A stretch of DNA of 62,929 nt, filler included, from Octopus bimaculoides (GCF_001194135.2; 8 parts of 8 records of this genome joined end to end with filler, not necessarily neighbours in it); one strand, 5' to 3'; counted from the first letter of the whole stretch, positions 24,850 to 37,980 are shown. Numbers and translations are program-made. The notes: a model not told the origin generated them from the sequence alone.

Positions 24850-26730
24850 TCATTATGTTGAAAGATTGTAAAGAACGCAGGAAGGTGATAGAGTCTTTAT
24901 TGACAAATGGGCATTATAATAATTTTTTAGTGCTTGGAAATGATGAAATGACTCACTTGCTCTAACAATAAAGAAATGCAATTGCCCAAGGAAAATAAAT
25001 ATACAATATTAGAGGATGAGTTTCCAAAGATCGCACTGAAGAAATTAAAAAAAAAACGTCTAAGTAAAAACAACTATTCCATTCAGTACTACATCAAGAA
25101 AATTAATTGTAAAACGAAATAATGTTCTAAAGTAGTATATTTAAATAGTAAAAAACAAGGCAAGTCATTTAGCGATGCAGTGGACCTTATGAAGGTAAGC
25201 CTTTGAAAGTTGTAAGATGCTTAGATACAGATACTGAGTTAGCAAATATAAGGATACGACCAGGTTCCAAAAAGACTAGTGTTTGCCTGTGTCAGCAAGA
25301 CTTGTATTCGTTAGTAAAATCTACTAAAGGAATACACTGAATTTGCCAGGGGGTGGGGTGTCTAAGTGGAAAATCCGACATTTCGGACAAAGAAAAGTTG
25401 ACAGGAGAAAAATTAAATATGAAGGAAGATATACCTTTCAAAAGAAGAACTGATACAGTTCGGCAACATGAATTAGCTCACAATGTAACTGAGCTGCTTC
25501 AACTAGCAACTAACATAATCCAGAAAGAAAATGTTTATGAACTCAATAGCTTTTGATGGATCAACAGATTCCACGGTTTTAACACGAATATTGCATTTTA
25601 TTCGCGAAAGCTTTCGTGTATATGAAGAATTACTCATAAAGGCACATTTAAGTGAAGGACACTGGGAAGTGACTTTTTCAAAAATTTTAATGATAGATGT
25701 TGTGAAGTAGGAGTGAATTTTTCTAAGCTGGTGAATATGTGTACAGATGGCGCTCCATGTATGACCAGAAACAATGAAAGATTTATTACACATGTTAAAG
25801 GAGGGAACAGTAGAATAAGCACCAGACTTAAAAAATAACTGATTTCTTTTCGGTGCATTTTGCAACAGCAAAATATCTGCGCCAAATTTGTCGTATTAAA
25901 TATCATTTTGATACAAAAAAGTTACAGGCATTGTGAACTATATTCAAGTAAATGCTGTAAGGCATAACAAATTTCAAGACATAGTCATGATAGAGAATTA
26001 GTTAATCAGTATTGATTTGATCCTATCATTCGAAAATGTGCTGGGTATCGCAAGGGCTAGTATTAACCACAATATATATTTGCGATAGAAAATAATTGAC
26101 GTTTTTAAAAGAAAATTATTCCCATTGTGAATGATCGGATATAATTTTTTCACCGCGACATGGCGTTTGTATAACGTCAGAAGAAAATGAATTAAATATG
26201 TCATTGTAAAGTAATAATAATTCTCGATTCCTGGACCGGGCGACGCGTTGTGTTCTTGAGCCAAACACTTCATTTCACGTTGCTCCAGTCCACTCAGCTG
26301 GCAAAAATGAGTAACGCTGCGATGGACTGGCGTTCCGTCCAGCTGGGGAACATATACGCCATTGAAACCGGGAAACCGCCCCACCCCCCATGAGCCTGGC
26401 TAGGCTTTAAAAGGGCGCATTCATTTATATTATTTCAGGATATGAAGTGAAGTATTTTGTAATTTAGAAATAAGTCGTTGTTCAAACTCATTCTTGCTTT
26501 GAGAATAATACATTCGTCCGTTCAGAAAAATAATTAATGAAAACGGAGAACATACTTATGAATCTTATGAAAAATACGAATAAGTTTTAGATGCATATTT
26601 TAAAGAACTCAAAGAAGGATTTAATGATTTTGAAAAACATGATATCATTCTGAAACCAGACTTTCAACAATCTCAACTGGCGTACCAATGGAATAAAAAG
26701 GGTTACAAATGGAGATGAGCGTATTGTTTG
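24850..26730 (+). mobile_element. Decayed hAT (SPIN/Buster; GTF2IRD2/EPM2AIP1-like) transposase
   Basis: GKSFSD; SIAFDGSTD..VYEELL; KLVNMCTDGAPCMT; CILQQQNICAK; VTGIVNYIQVNAVRHNKF; YHSKMCWVSQGLVL. These match the SIALDESTD, CTDGAP, HCIxHQ and VRWLSxG blocks. Many stops and frameshifts; no TIRs identified. Confidence 0.8.
26220..26425 (+). mobile_element. tRNA-derived SINE inserted in the hAT transposase
   Basis: cgacgcgttgtgttcttgagccaaacacttcatttcacgttgctccagtccactcagctggcaaaaatgagta is the reverse complement of 39060-39135. Confidence 0.75.
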
Positions 26731-28169
26731 AAAATGTTATCCTGTTATCTTTGTTTGATGGTAAGGTAGATTTTGTTGAAATTTGAAAAAAAAAAAGGGT
26801 CGTAGAATATTCTCGTCTTTACGAATGAGGTCGTCGACCGGTTTAGCGCTTTCGTACAACATATCGGAATGATTTCTGCCCTCACGCTTGACAAATCAAG
26901 AATCTGCCAAGAGCATAGATAATAAATGAGCACCTCTAGGACCGTCATTCATGTTAGAACCCGATTTCACATTGCTGTCTCGTCTATAGCGTGTCGATAT
27001 ACTAAGCGAAAAATCCTGTTGTTATCATAGTCTCTGCCCATTACATTACTCGGATATTGGCGTAACTCGATCTTTTTGACCATGTATAAATTTCCATTGC
27101 GTAATAAAAAAATTTATACCTACGCACACAGATGACGTGGCTGAAGTAGCTGTTGTCTATTGAGCCAAATATAGTACGTGTCGTCGTGAGATAAAATGCA
27201 ATGCTAAAAGCTGACAGATAGGATTTGAGCTTGGTCAACGAAATAGATAGTCAATGAAATTGATTACTATTCAAATAGTTACTACCTGTACCACTCTTGT
27301 ACACCTGATAATTATCCTATCTACAATAGGTACAAGGCTTGACATTTTGGGAGGGGTTAGTCAATTACGCGGACCTCAGTGATCAACCGGTACTCATATA
27401 TNNNNNNNNNNNNNNNNNNNNNNNNNNNNNNNNNNNNNNNNNNNNTTAATTAATTAANNNNNNNNNNNNNNNNNNNNNNNNNNNNNNNNNNNNNNNNNNN
27501 NCATATAGAAGTACAAAGTACATAAGGAATTAGAGGATGAACAGAAGTTTAATCTTACAGCTGTTTCGGCCTAGTTTTAGCAAGCCCCATTCTATCCGAA
27601 TATTCCTTTCCGGAGTGATTATCAGATGACATTTTGAAATGGGTTTACATGCCCGAACCTCTAGGCCTCTTCAGAGATTCACAAAGGGTTTCATACAAAT
27701 GTAGAGCAAGAGGTAAAAACAGAGGTGTGGTAGAGACCAGAAGAAAAACAACAGCAAAAATAAGATAGAAATAAAAATTAAAAATAAAATTAAAATCACA
27801 ATATAAATAAAAATAAAAATAAGGGTACAGCAGGAAAAAAAAAAAAAAAAATAATAATAATAAAGAATACATAAATGAAGGTATAGCATGTGGGACATGC
27901 AAAAATATAAAAAAGATATATGTCAAAAAACCCTTAAAAATACAAGGCACCCAAAAAACCTACAAACATTATAGATAGGTAGCTATAGGCACCCCAATGC
28001 ATATCTATATGTGTGGGTTCGTGTGCACAGCCATACTCAGATGTCCCCTTACTCTCATGTGTGCATATACAAGTTTTTATAAGCAAACATTCCACCACAT
28101 ACGTTGTTTGTGGCATCAGCTCTATTAGCCGTATCTAGAAATACATCATTGTTATTATCCCCACCACAC

Positions 28170-28330
28170 ACCACCAGCCTTAAAATTTACAGCCTTGCCG
28201 AGGTCAACTTTGCCTGTTGTTCTTTTGGGGTCAATAAATTAAGTACCAGTGAAACACTGAGATTGATGTAATCAACTAGTCCCCTCCCCCAAGATGTCAG
28301 GCCTTGTGTCTATAGTAGAAAGGATTATTA
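28170..28330 (+). mobile_element. SINE fragment with an (ATT)n tail
   Basis: gccgaggtcaactttgcc..ggggtcaataaattaagtaccagt..ggccttgtgtctatagtagaaaggattatt. Confidence 0.7.
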
Positions 28331-28355
28331 TTATTATTATTTATTATTATTATTA

Positions 28356-28394
<39 letters not shown>

Positions 28395-28614
28395 GTTTGG
28401 CTTTTGCTTTGTATTTGTACAAGTTGACTCCAAGTCTCACCCAGAGACCTCAAGAGACAAGGGGTTAGAAGTTCAAGTTGGTGTTATGACTAGGGTGCCA
28501 TATTTTTGTTTTTGCACAGAGTATTGTTCTAGAGAATGTCTCTCAAAACATAAGTAAATTAGAAGTTTGTTCGATAAGTAATTGGATTGTAAGATGATGG
28601 TGTGATGTATATAT

Positions 28615-29060
28615 ATACTCTTTTACTCTTTACTCTTTTACTTGTTTCAGTCATTTGACTGTGGCCATCCTGGAGCACCGCCTTTAGTCGAGGAAATCGA
28701 CCCCAGTACTTATTCTTATGTAAGCCTAGTACTTATTCTATCGGTCTCTTTTTGCCGAACCGCTAAGTTACGGGGACGTAAACACACCAGCATCGGTTGT
28801 CAAGCGATGGTGGGGGGGACAAATACAGACACACAAACACACATACATATATATATATACATATATACGACGGGCTTCTTTCAGTTTCCGTCTACCAAAT
28901 CCACTCACAAGGCTTTGGTTGGCCCGAGGCTATAGTAGANNNNNNNNNNNNNNNNNNNNNAGTAGAAGACACTTGCCCAAAGTGTCACACAGTGGGACTG
29001 AACCCGGAACCATGTGGCTGGTAAGCAAGCTACTTACCACACAGCTACTCCTGCGCCTAT
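28615..29060 (-). mobile_element. Near full-length tRNA-derived SINE
   Basis: Head ggcgcaggagtagctgtgtggtaag..ggttcagtccc at the right end; tail (gagtaaaa)n at the left end; internal microsatellite and a small gap. Confidence 0.82.
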
Positions 29061-29077
29061 ATATATGTAAATAATAC

Positions 29078-29109
<32 letters not shown>

Positions 29110-29600
29110 CATCATCATCATCATCATCATCGTTTAATGTCCGTTTTCCATGCTAGCATGGGTTGGACGATTTGACTGTGGACTGGTGAAGCCAGATGGC
29201 TACACCAGGCTCCAATCTGATTTGGCAGAGTTTCTACAGCTGGATGCCCTTCCTAACGCCAACCACTCAGAAAGTGTAGAGGGTGCTTTTTACATGTCAC
29301 CCGCACGAAGACCAGTCAGGCGATACTGGCAACGGCCACGCTCAAAATGCTGTATTTTATGTGCCAACCACACAAGAGCCAGTCCAGGGGCACTGGCAAC
29401 GATCTCGCTCAAAAGTCCTTACACATGCTGGCGGCACAAGTGCCAGAAAGGCGACGCTGGGCACAGGTACCATCCTGATTTCGCTTTCGCTTGCCCCAAT
29501 AAGTCTTCGCAAGCTGTGTTTCATGTCCAATGAAGGAGACGACATTGGCATGGGTGCCAGTCATCGAATTTAGTTTGATTTCGATTTCACTTGCCTCAAC
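29110..29600 (-). mobile_element. Retroposon 3' fragment with a (GAT)n tail
   Basis: (cat)n-cgtttaatgtccgttttccatgctagcatgggttggacg..ctggatgcccttcctaacgccaacc; same family as 23955 and 62405. Confidence 0.6.
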
Positions 29601-30239
29601 AGGTCTTAGCAAGCAGAGTTTAGTGTTCAAAGAAGGAAAGGTACGCATAATACATAGAAAAATTAAAACAAAACACACAGGTGAAAACAATCTCGTGGTT
29701 TGAAGCATGAAGTGTGAAAAATCAACATAGACAACAGCGGCATAGACAACAGTGAACCACAATACAGCATGCGGTTGTCATGGTAACAAGCTGCTAATGC
29801 TACACTGTCTGTTGATTGGCTAAAACTAGCCAAATTTGCCAAATTTAATTCCAAATTACATCAGATTCTTTAACTTACAAGATGAAGTAATTGGTTGATC
29901 ATAATAAAAATTCAGAGTTGCATCGATACAACAAATTTGAAAGCAATCTGAGCAAAATTAAGGAGGGCTCATTTTGCGAATGAGAAAAAGTAGATCCAAT
30001 TTCTCTTTGCTTCAGTTAACTTTAAAGTAATGAGTTTATTAAAATAATTTTGTTATTAAACAGATGGCGTTTGGAACATAAATTAACATAGTTTCATTGA
30101 TAGGTTTTAATTTAGATCACTTTAAAACAAAGAGTTTGTATCTTAGAATAAGGGGCAGTTTCAAGTGTGGTGATATTAAGAGTTAATCTCCACAAAGCTT
30201 GAAGACTGCACAGCATATTAGGTTAGAGGAAATGCAGTG

Positions 30240-30600
30240 AGAGTGATTGGGCACATTTACTGAAGGCTTGAACCTAACAGAATTAAAGGAGAGATGTAAG
30301 CATTATGGTTAGACCATATAGCTGTGCCCAGATTAGATGTGTCTAGGGGCAAGTGAACTCCTGACCAGAAGGTTACATCGAATCTTATCCCTGTTGAAGA
30401 ATAGGACTAGAGGCATGGAAAAGATGGGATCAATTGGAAAGCAGAAGTTGGAACAGTGAAGCAGAGTGCTCTGAAGTGACTGAGTCACTTCAGAGGATGG
30501 AGAAGGGAATCCAGACTCTGGAAGAGTGACTGTTTGGCATGAGTGCAACAGTACAGTTCATAGACTGAACTCAAGTGAGGACAGTATTCACAACAGGTTA
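30240..30600 (-). mobile_element. Possible CR1/Jockey-type LINE 3' fragment
   Basis: Weak minus-strand similarity to LINE C-terminal blocks (..tgtcctcacttgag.., ..ctgctttccaattgatccc..); heavily decayed. Confidence 0.3.
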
Positions 30601-30639
30601 AGGTTACCTAAATGAGAGAAAAGATTGATGCATTATTTG

Positions 30640-31420
30640 AAAATGAGTCATATTTTTGCTGCAGAGATAGAGAAATGAGATTTGTAAGAACAATATGGTA
30701 GATTTGATGTGAGGAAGAAAGTGGAGAGATAGATGATACTGATAGAGACAGAAATAGCTAGAAAGTTCATGAAAGTATTAGAGATGATGGAAGTAAAAGG
30801 TGAGTTACTCTCTGGTGAGAGAGGTTGCACTGATACAGTCACCAATGTAATGACCCATAGCTAAAGGGTAAACCTAGAAAACTGGGCAAAAGTTAGGCTT
30901 AACAGGGCCAACAAACAAGTTGATGTGATTGGGGTCATCTTGGTGCCAATAGCTATGCCACTCGGGTGTTGGTAGAACACACCAGAATAGGAAAAGCAAT
31001 GAACAGTGTGAGAATGAATTCAGTTTGGAAGAGGAGAGTAGAGGTTCTGGGTTCAAATGTGTAGTGTGAAGGTCAAAAAAGAATTTAAGGACTGGTAGCT
31101 CATTGTCATTGTGGATGATGTTAAACAAGGATTTGAGCTCTATGGCAAAGAGGAATTTAGAAGGTCCAGAGGTGGGTGGTATGGTTAGTTTCCTTATGAA
31201 AGCAGCAGCCAGAAGGAGCATAACTTGGTTGAGATAGTTAAAGATTAGTTTGGCAGAGCAACAAGAAGAGAAAATAGGGCAGCTAAGAGTGTTGGATTTG
31301 TGAATTTGGGAGAAGAAAGTAGATAATGGAAGTATGGTGAGTTTGTGATAAAGTTGATTACTGTTGGAGAAAGTAAAGAGAAAGAAATGAGTTTTGTATA
31401 ATGATGGAGAAATGTTTTAG
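30640..31420 (-). mobile_element. Penelope-like RT core fragment
   Basis: ELKSLFNIIHNDNELPVLKFFFD (cf. DVxSLYTNIPH..LxFFLD); SGIAIGTKMTP/NHINLFVG (cf. GVAMGTKMGPNYAxLFVG); HYIGDCISATS (cf. RYIDDC). Confidence 0.7.
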
Positions 31421-32519
31421 ATTGAAAAGTATGCTGTTGCTGAGCAGTTTCTGGTAAAACTGCAATTCACTTACACGATGGAAGGTTTCTTTCATGTCAA
31501 GATCCATCTACCAAACCATTACTACTTTGCCTTTGTCAGCCAGTTTAATGAATATGTTACAAATTTGTTAAAACTGACAGAGTTCAACAAGTTCTGGAGA
31601 TATTAAAACAACTGTCACTTCTGGAAGGTAAAAATGACCCCAGTTGTGATGGCATTTCGGTTGGAACAGATTCAATGAATTTTACTGCCCCAAATTGCTA
31701 TAGATATCCAATTGCAGCAATGCTTATGCACAATATGCTAAGCTCAAGATATTTCTCTGTATTTGCAGCAACTTTTCAATGACTTAACAATTTGCTGTCC
31801 TGAAACAGTTTTCTTGTATTTGTTTGACTGTCTAATACCTAGGATGTTAATTGGTTTGGGTCAGTAACCCATTAATGCCCAAATTTCTTTTTATTTATTG
31901 TCAAAACTCTTTTTTTATGCTACTTTATTTGATACTAAATATATAAAAAAAAGATTTATTACAATATTCAAAAGACACTCCTGTCTTAATGACTAACTAA
32001 AGATATCTCAGAAAAATACAGGTGTTGCAGAAATATGATGGATTCCTAAAAAAGGACCACAGGCGCTAATGGGTTTTAACCATATCAACTATGCCATATA
32101 GTATGGTATCACATTAGCACTAACAAAACAGCTTGCTAAACTTATTGCTCATAAATAAATATATATTCCATTCCCAAAAGAAATGGGTTAGATTTTAAGA
32201 AAAGACTCTCAAGAATTTTGCTCAAATGACCAAGAAATTCTATGCTGATTAATTTAAAATCAAACTTCATTCACTAACTATCCAGTAAACTAAATTTTAA
32301 GCACCAGTGCTCAAGTATAAAACTGAACATAGCCTTTGGCATCTTAATTTCTAAACTATAGAAGTACTCAACAGAATTTCTTCACTGCATAATTTTCATG
32401 GTTCCTATTTTAAAAAAATATTGTTATACTTTTAGGAACAGGTTACTTAATCGAACACAATAATTTGACATACATAGTGACATGGATATTCCTGACTGAA
32501 AAAATGTAATGATATGAAT

Positions 32520-32717
32520 AATCTAGAGTGTATGTTTTTGTTTTTGTCTGTTTATTATTAGGCACAGTTTTAAGTTTGTTGTATAGCTTACGCTAATTTC
32601 AAACATTGGCTTCAGTAACATTAAAATGCCTTCTGGCAGCTCTAATGTCATGTTCAAATGCATATTCAACATATTTAATTTCTCCTTCGCAGTAAATGAT
32701 TCATAAGTTCTCCCCAT
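32520..32717 (-). mobile_element. pogo-family transposase N-terminus (Brinker-type DNA-binding domain), pseudogenised
   Basis: MGRTYESFTAKEKL, then after a frameshift YVEYAFEHDIRAARRHFNVTEANV*N*RK, matching SYTAxFKL..YAExHGNRAAxRHFxVxExxVRxWRK. Confidence 0.7.
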
Positions 32718-33324
32718 ACTGACAATAATGGTAATGACAAATTTTAAAGTTCACTTGACATTTTATAAGTGAGAAAGGGATTAAAATTTCTATATTCCAT
32801 ATCAAAGAATAGGCAGAAAAGAATTCTGTTTACATACTCAGTTTGATCAGTCAAATTCCTCTGTCAGTTGAGTAAAGTGTCATCCAAGCTGATGTTTATT
32901 GGTAATTAAACCTAATTTGCAACACCTGTGTATATTTATCAGCTTTGGTTTTGTTGATAATTCTTATCAACAACTTTTCCTGGGACTGTGATTTGAGAAG
33001 ACATACAGCAGTATGCTAAAGATTGGACATAATCTCTTGTGGGCAAGAAATGTATAATAAAGTTTATTATAAACAAAACAAACTCTTTGTAATTTAATAG
33101 CTTTCAATGTGATACCTGTTAAACAGAAATTATTTTTATCTAATGAAAATTTAATAAAATCTAATCATAAATAAGTGAAATTATGCTAAATACAATTAAA
33201 TTGAAAACCTTTTCCTCCTGGCTATATCAACAATTCTCAAAACTTTTGGGTGTGAATTTTACATGAGTAGAAGCTTTTTTTAACAAATTTTATCCTGAAA
33301 ATCACCTGCTTAAATTACACATGG

Positions 33325-33369
<45 letters not shown>

Positions 33370-33429
33370 TGAGATAATTAATAAAACAAAGGAAAAGACT
33401 ATAATATACAAAACTTATGACATAGAAAA

Positions 33430-33950
33430 AATGAAATTGGAACATTTGGAAGAAGGTACAGTTGACCGGTAATTAACCAGATTAAATATCTAGCCCGAAG
33501 CACAAGATTTGCAACTATTGAAGCAAGGTTCGAGTCAGTAGAGAAGGCTCAAAAGTTTTCCACTCGAACCTTGCAAAGTGGAAACATTATGTTATTCCCT
33601 CTATATCTGGGACATAGAACATCCCAGATAAAGATAAAAAATATCCCCCCAGAGGTAGAGGTCATGTGGATCATGGCCACTCTCTTATTTGAGAGGAAAG
33701 ACAAGATGAATATAATCCAGATTTCCAGAGACACTCCACAAAACTGGCTGGGTCAAACTCTGGAAATCCTGGCACAGGCCACTACCATCAACCTAGAAAA
33801 CCTCCCTGAGATAATTCACATTCGGGAGGAAACTATTCTTGCAGTACATGTAGAGGGGAGACAACCCAGGTGTTTCAAGTGCGGAAAAAAGGGACACCTG
33901 AGGTCTAAGTGACCCCCTTCGAAAAAAGATAACAAAGAAGAAAAAGTCCC
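33430..33950 (+). mobile_element. Non-LTR retrotransposon ORF1 (gag-like) fragment with a zinc knuckle
   Basis: ORF 33571-33912 ends VHVEGRQPRCFKCGKKGHLRSK*P: a CX2CX4HX4C knuckle whose last Cys position is TGA. Confidence 0.72.
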
Positions 33951-33951
33951 C

Positions 33952-34228
33952 GAAGGCCTTACAGCTGTTTCTGGGATATTTTAAATATCTCTTCATTGTA
34001 GACGGTGTGAGAAAAAGGTTAAGCAATAGTTATTCTAGATAAGATATGAAATAGAGAGTGAAGTGGAGGAATGAAAATAGACATGAGATATGCAGGGATA
34101 TTGTATTCCTCCACTTCACTCTCTATTTCATATCTTATATAGAATAACATTTTCCTTAACATTTTTTTCTCACACCGTCTCCAATGAAGGGATATATAAA
34201 ATATTCCGGAAACAGCTGTAAGACCTTC
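33952..34228. repeat. Fold-back inverted repeat with ~121-bp arms and a 32-bp spacer
   Basis: 33952-34072 (gaaggccttacagctgtttc..gaagtggaggaat) vs 34105-34228 (attcctccacttc..gaaacagctgtaagaccttc). Confidence 0.9.
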
Positions 34229-34834
34229 TATTTATAAATGTTCTGAAATCTTTCAATGCCTTAGATTTTTATCTCATTCTGTTATTTTTTTTATATATAT
34301 ATTATGTATATAAGAATTACAGCGTGATGTGCTGCTTGACTGGTCCCCTCTCTCTCTCTCTCTCTTTATATATATATATGATNNNNNNNNNNATCAAAAG
34401 GATGTGTTATAATACTATTCCACAGCCATACCAACAATTCAACAATACTATTCCACATATACAAAAACAGCCATACCGACAATCCAACATATATTTACCA
34501 TGAGAGAACATCTCATATGGATTTGTGGTACATAAAAGCACTTGTATTTATATCACCCATCAACAATATAAGCACAAATGCTTTTATAGTTCACCAGCTT
34601 TTGTGTATGTATACATAATTAATTGGGTATATCTGTTTGTGTCTATGACATTAGAGTTTAGAGGTTGACAACAAAGTTGAACTCATTATGAGAATAAAAG
34701 AATGCTACTCGACAATTATACAAGAATCATTATAGCTGTTTATATTACGTATATCTACCATTATCATCAGAATTGATTTATATTCTGATAATAACGTCAA
34801 CTATATATAATATATGTATGCATATGTATATATA

Positions 34835-34968
34835 ATAGGTGCAGGTGTAACTGTGTGGTAAGAAGCTTGCTTCCCAACCACATGGTTCCAGGTTCAGTCC
34901 CACTATGTGGCACCTAGGGCATGTGTCTTCTGCTATAGCCTTGAGCTGACCAAAGTGAGAGGATTTGG

Positions 34969-34970
<2 letters not shown>
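34835..34970 (+). mobile_element. SINE 5' part (same family as 28615-29060)
   Basis: ggtgcaggtgtaactgtgtggtaagaagcttgcttcccaaccacatggttccaggttcagtccc. Confidence 0.75.
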
Positions 34971-35000
<30 letters not shown>

Positions 35001-35149
35001 NNNNNNNNNNNNNNNNNNNNNNNNNNNNNNNNNNNNNNNNNNNNTTAATTAATTAANNNNNNNNNNNNNNNNNNNNNNNNNNNNNNNNNNNNNNNNNNNN
35101 CGATTATGCCTCTTTCAGTTACATTATTTTGCGTTAGAGAACATTAGTG

Positions 35150-35990
35150 TAACACTTACAAAATTTTCTGTCTCTTCTTTTCTTTCAAACATTCAATTTT
35201 AGAGAGAATTTTTGATGAAATGTAGTTCCATTGCTTTTCGGTATTGCGGATCCGGTGTATATTTGTAAAGGGAAAAAATTTTGAATTTTCCGTCACTGCA
35301 TATTTCCAGATGCTTACTTAATGGAATCTTGCTTAATTCCTCTTATCGGATATGTTGCCTGTGGATTCTTGCACGTTGGCAGAGGGAATTATTTGTTTCA
35401 CCAATGTAATTTTCTTTGCAGTTTGGGCAGGTAATGCAGTATATGAAGTTTTGCGTTTTGCAGTTCATATCTGCATTTATTTTGAAAAGGATCTGCTCTT
35501 GAATTTTATGTGGGAACCACTTTCCAAATATTTAAAGTTGTTGACGTTGTTGCATGTTCCACATTTCCTATCTCCACATTCTTTTCTAAGAATTCTGGCC
35601 CTTGTGAGGTGTTTTTTAAAGATTTTATGGGTGGCATCTGATATTCCGTAAGGTGTTTTTTCAATTAGATTTTTCATTTTGGGGCTTTGTAGGAGTATAG
35701 GTAAGTTCGATTTTACGGCGTGAGAGATGTTGGTTATTCCAGGACTCTGTGTGTTAATGAACGGAATCGTGTTTTCATTAGCTTTTTCCTTTTCCTCGTA
35801 TTTCTTTATTGTTGTGGTTTCATTTTGATAATGGATTTGTCTCCATAGTTTTTTTTTTTCATAGTTAATGAACCACTTTTGTTGTTTTTCCCACATTCTT
35901 ATAGATTTTTCTTCTTCCTACTTTGTGTCTTCTTTCCACCATCCTTAGACCCATTCCAATACAATGGTAAAGGACTAAATAAATAAATGG
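35150..35990 (-). mobile_element. Penelope-like element 3' fragment with GIY-YIG endonuclease
   Basis: TIPFINTQSPG..LPILLQSPKM..HLTRA..CGDRKCGTC, then DMNCKTQNFIYCITCPNCKENYIGETNNSLCQRARIHRQHI..YRKAMELHFI. Confidence 0.88.
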
Positions 35991-36169
35991 TGAATAGGAA
36001 GGGAGATACCCCTTCTCTCTCTCTTTCTCCCTCTACCTATCTGTCTATCTGTTTGACTATCTATCTACTCTATTCTCATCTTCACTTCCTATTCTCCTCC
36101 CCCTCCCGTGATATCCCTTTCGCGACACCCTCTCTCCCTCACTCTGCACTCGCCAATCAATCACACGTC

Positions 36170-37980
36170 TTAAATAATGTTGTAATACAATCGAGGGCGG
36201 AAAATATAAAAAGCAACTCTAAAGCCTTCTACGAACTCACAAAAGAGTCTGCTTCAGTGCGATACATAATAAGGTCACTTTTTTTATGAAAAGGGCTCAC
36301 TGACTGCTGACCCCAAGAGGATAAGTGAAGCACTCAATAAACTATTCCAAAGTGTTTTCACCTCCACACTAGAAAACATGAAAATAAGCAAACACTTATA
36401 ACCTACAAGAGAAAAAGGCGACCATCAATTATATTGACATTACAGAAGAGGATGTATTGTCGGCCATTGACGAGATAAACCCAAACTTTGCAACAGGCCC
36501 CGATGGGCTCCCAGCAATTCTATTAAAAATATGCTAGAAAGCTCTTGCAAAACTACTGCAAATGCCTTTCCAGTGTTCCTTTGAATGCGCTACATTTCCT
36601 CAAACGTCAAAAGAAGGAATAATCTGCCCTGTCCACAAAAGAGGAAGCAAAGCAGATGCTATAAACTTCAGACCTAACTCTCTGACCTTACATGTCAACA
36701 AGATCAGAAAAAAACTAACCACGTTCCTAGAGGAAAATGACTTGCTTACAGACACGCAACATGGTTTCCGTCCTGGATGGAGCTGCCTAACACAGCTACT
36801 ACAACACTTCGACTGGGTACTAAAACAACAGCTCAGCCATTCAAATGTGGATGCAATATATCTTGACTTTGCCAAGTTGTTTGACAAAGTCGATCATTGG
36901 ATGATATCTCGCAAATTGTGTGACCTCGGTATCGCTGGTAGACAGGGAGAGTGGCTGCATGATTTCCTAAGGGGCAGAAGTGAGGCTGTCATAGCAAATG
37001 GTGCTCTCTCTGAAGTGACACCAATCCTCAGTGGAGCCCCCCAGGGAACAGTGCTGGGTTCACTACTGTTTGTAGCTGCTCTCTTGGACATGCCTTCAAC
37101 CATAGTGTCAGCCACACTCACCAGCTACGCCGATGATACAAAAGTATCACAGGCGGTCAAGGATCCTACTGACATCCTAAGACTGCAGAATGACCTGAAC
37201 GCAATATATAAATGGGCTGATTAGAATAATATGCAGTTCAATGGCGCAAAATTTCAAGCACTCCGCTATCAGCCCACACACAAACTATAGCTGAAGTATA
37301 CGGGACCAGCAGGCAATGTAATCACAGAGTTAGAGTCAGTGCATGACCTGGAAATCCACATGAGCAACGACGCAAATTTCCATGTGCACATTGCTCAGAT
37401 GGCAACGCTATGCAGGCGGGTGGCAAGTTGGATCCTTAGATCCTTAAGGACCAGGAACAGAGATACAATGCTTCTGCTTTGGAGAACCTTTGTCCTCAGT
37501 CGTCTGGATTACTGATCCCAACTGTGGTCCCCACAGAATGTAAAACTAATTGGGGAACTAGAAGCGATCCAACAACACTTCACAAAGATGCTCGACTCAG
37601 TAAAACACATGGGCTACTGGGAGAGATTGAGGGAACTGGGACTCTACTCCCTGGACAGAAGATGTGAGAGATATACATGTGGAGAATAATGGAGAGTCTG
37701 GCTCCAAATTTCGGAACTGAAATCTACAACAATCCCCGAATTGGGCGGCACTGCACAGCACCAAAGGTCCCATCTTCTCCATCGAGGATACGAACCCAAT
37801 ATTGTAATAGCTTGGAATTCAAGGGACCACGGCTTTTTAATGCCTAACCACAGAACATCAGGGATCTACAAGGTGTAGACATGGAAGTCTTCAAAAAACG
37901 TCTAGACCACTTTTTATATGCAATTTCGGCTGGAGACCCACATAGCGACAGGAAAGAAGAGCAGCAAAGTCCAACTAACT
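36170..37980 (+). mobile_element. CR1-clade LINE, 5'-truncated RT region
   Basis: GPDGLPAILLK; NFRPNSLT; QHGFRPGWSCLTQLL; VDAIYLDFAKLFDKVDH; SGAPQGTVLGSLLF; SYADDTK. The downstream C-terminal region is frameshifted. Confidence 0.9.

Noticed and set aside
29774-29819. RFX X-box-like GTTGTCATGGTAAC followed by ATTGG
   Set aside because: One mismatch to the consensus, a short motif, and it lies in probable repeat sequence with no linked TSS evidence.
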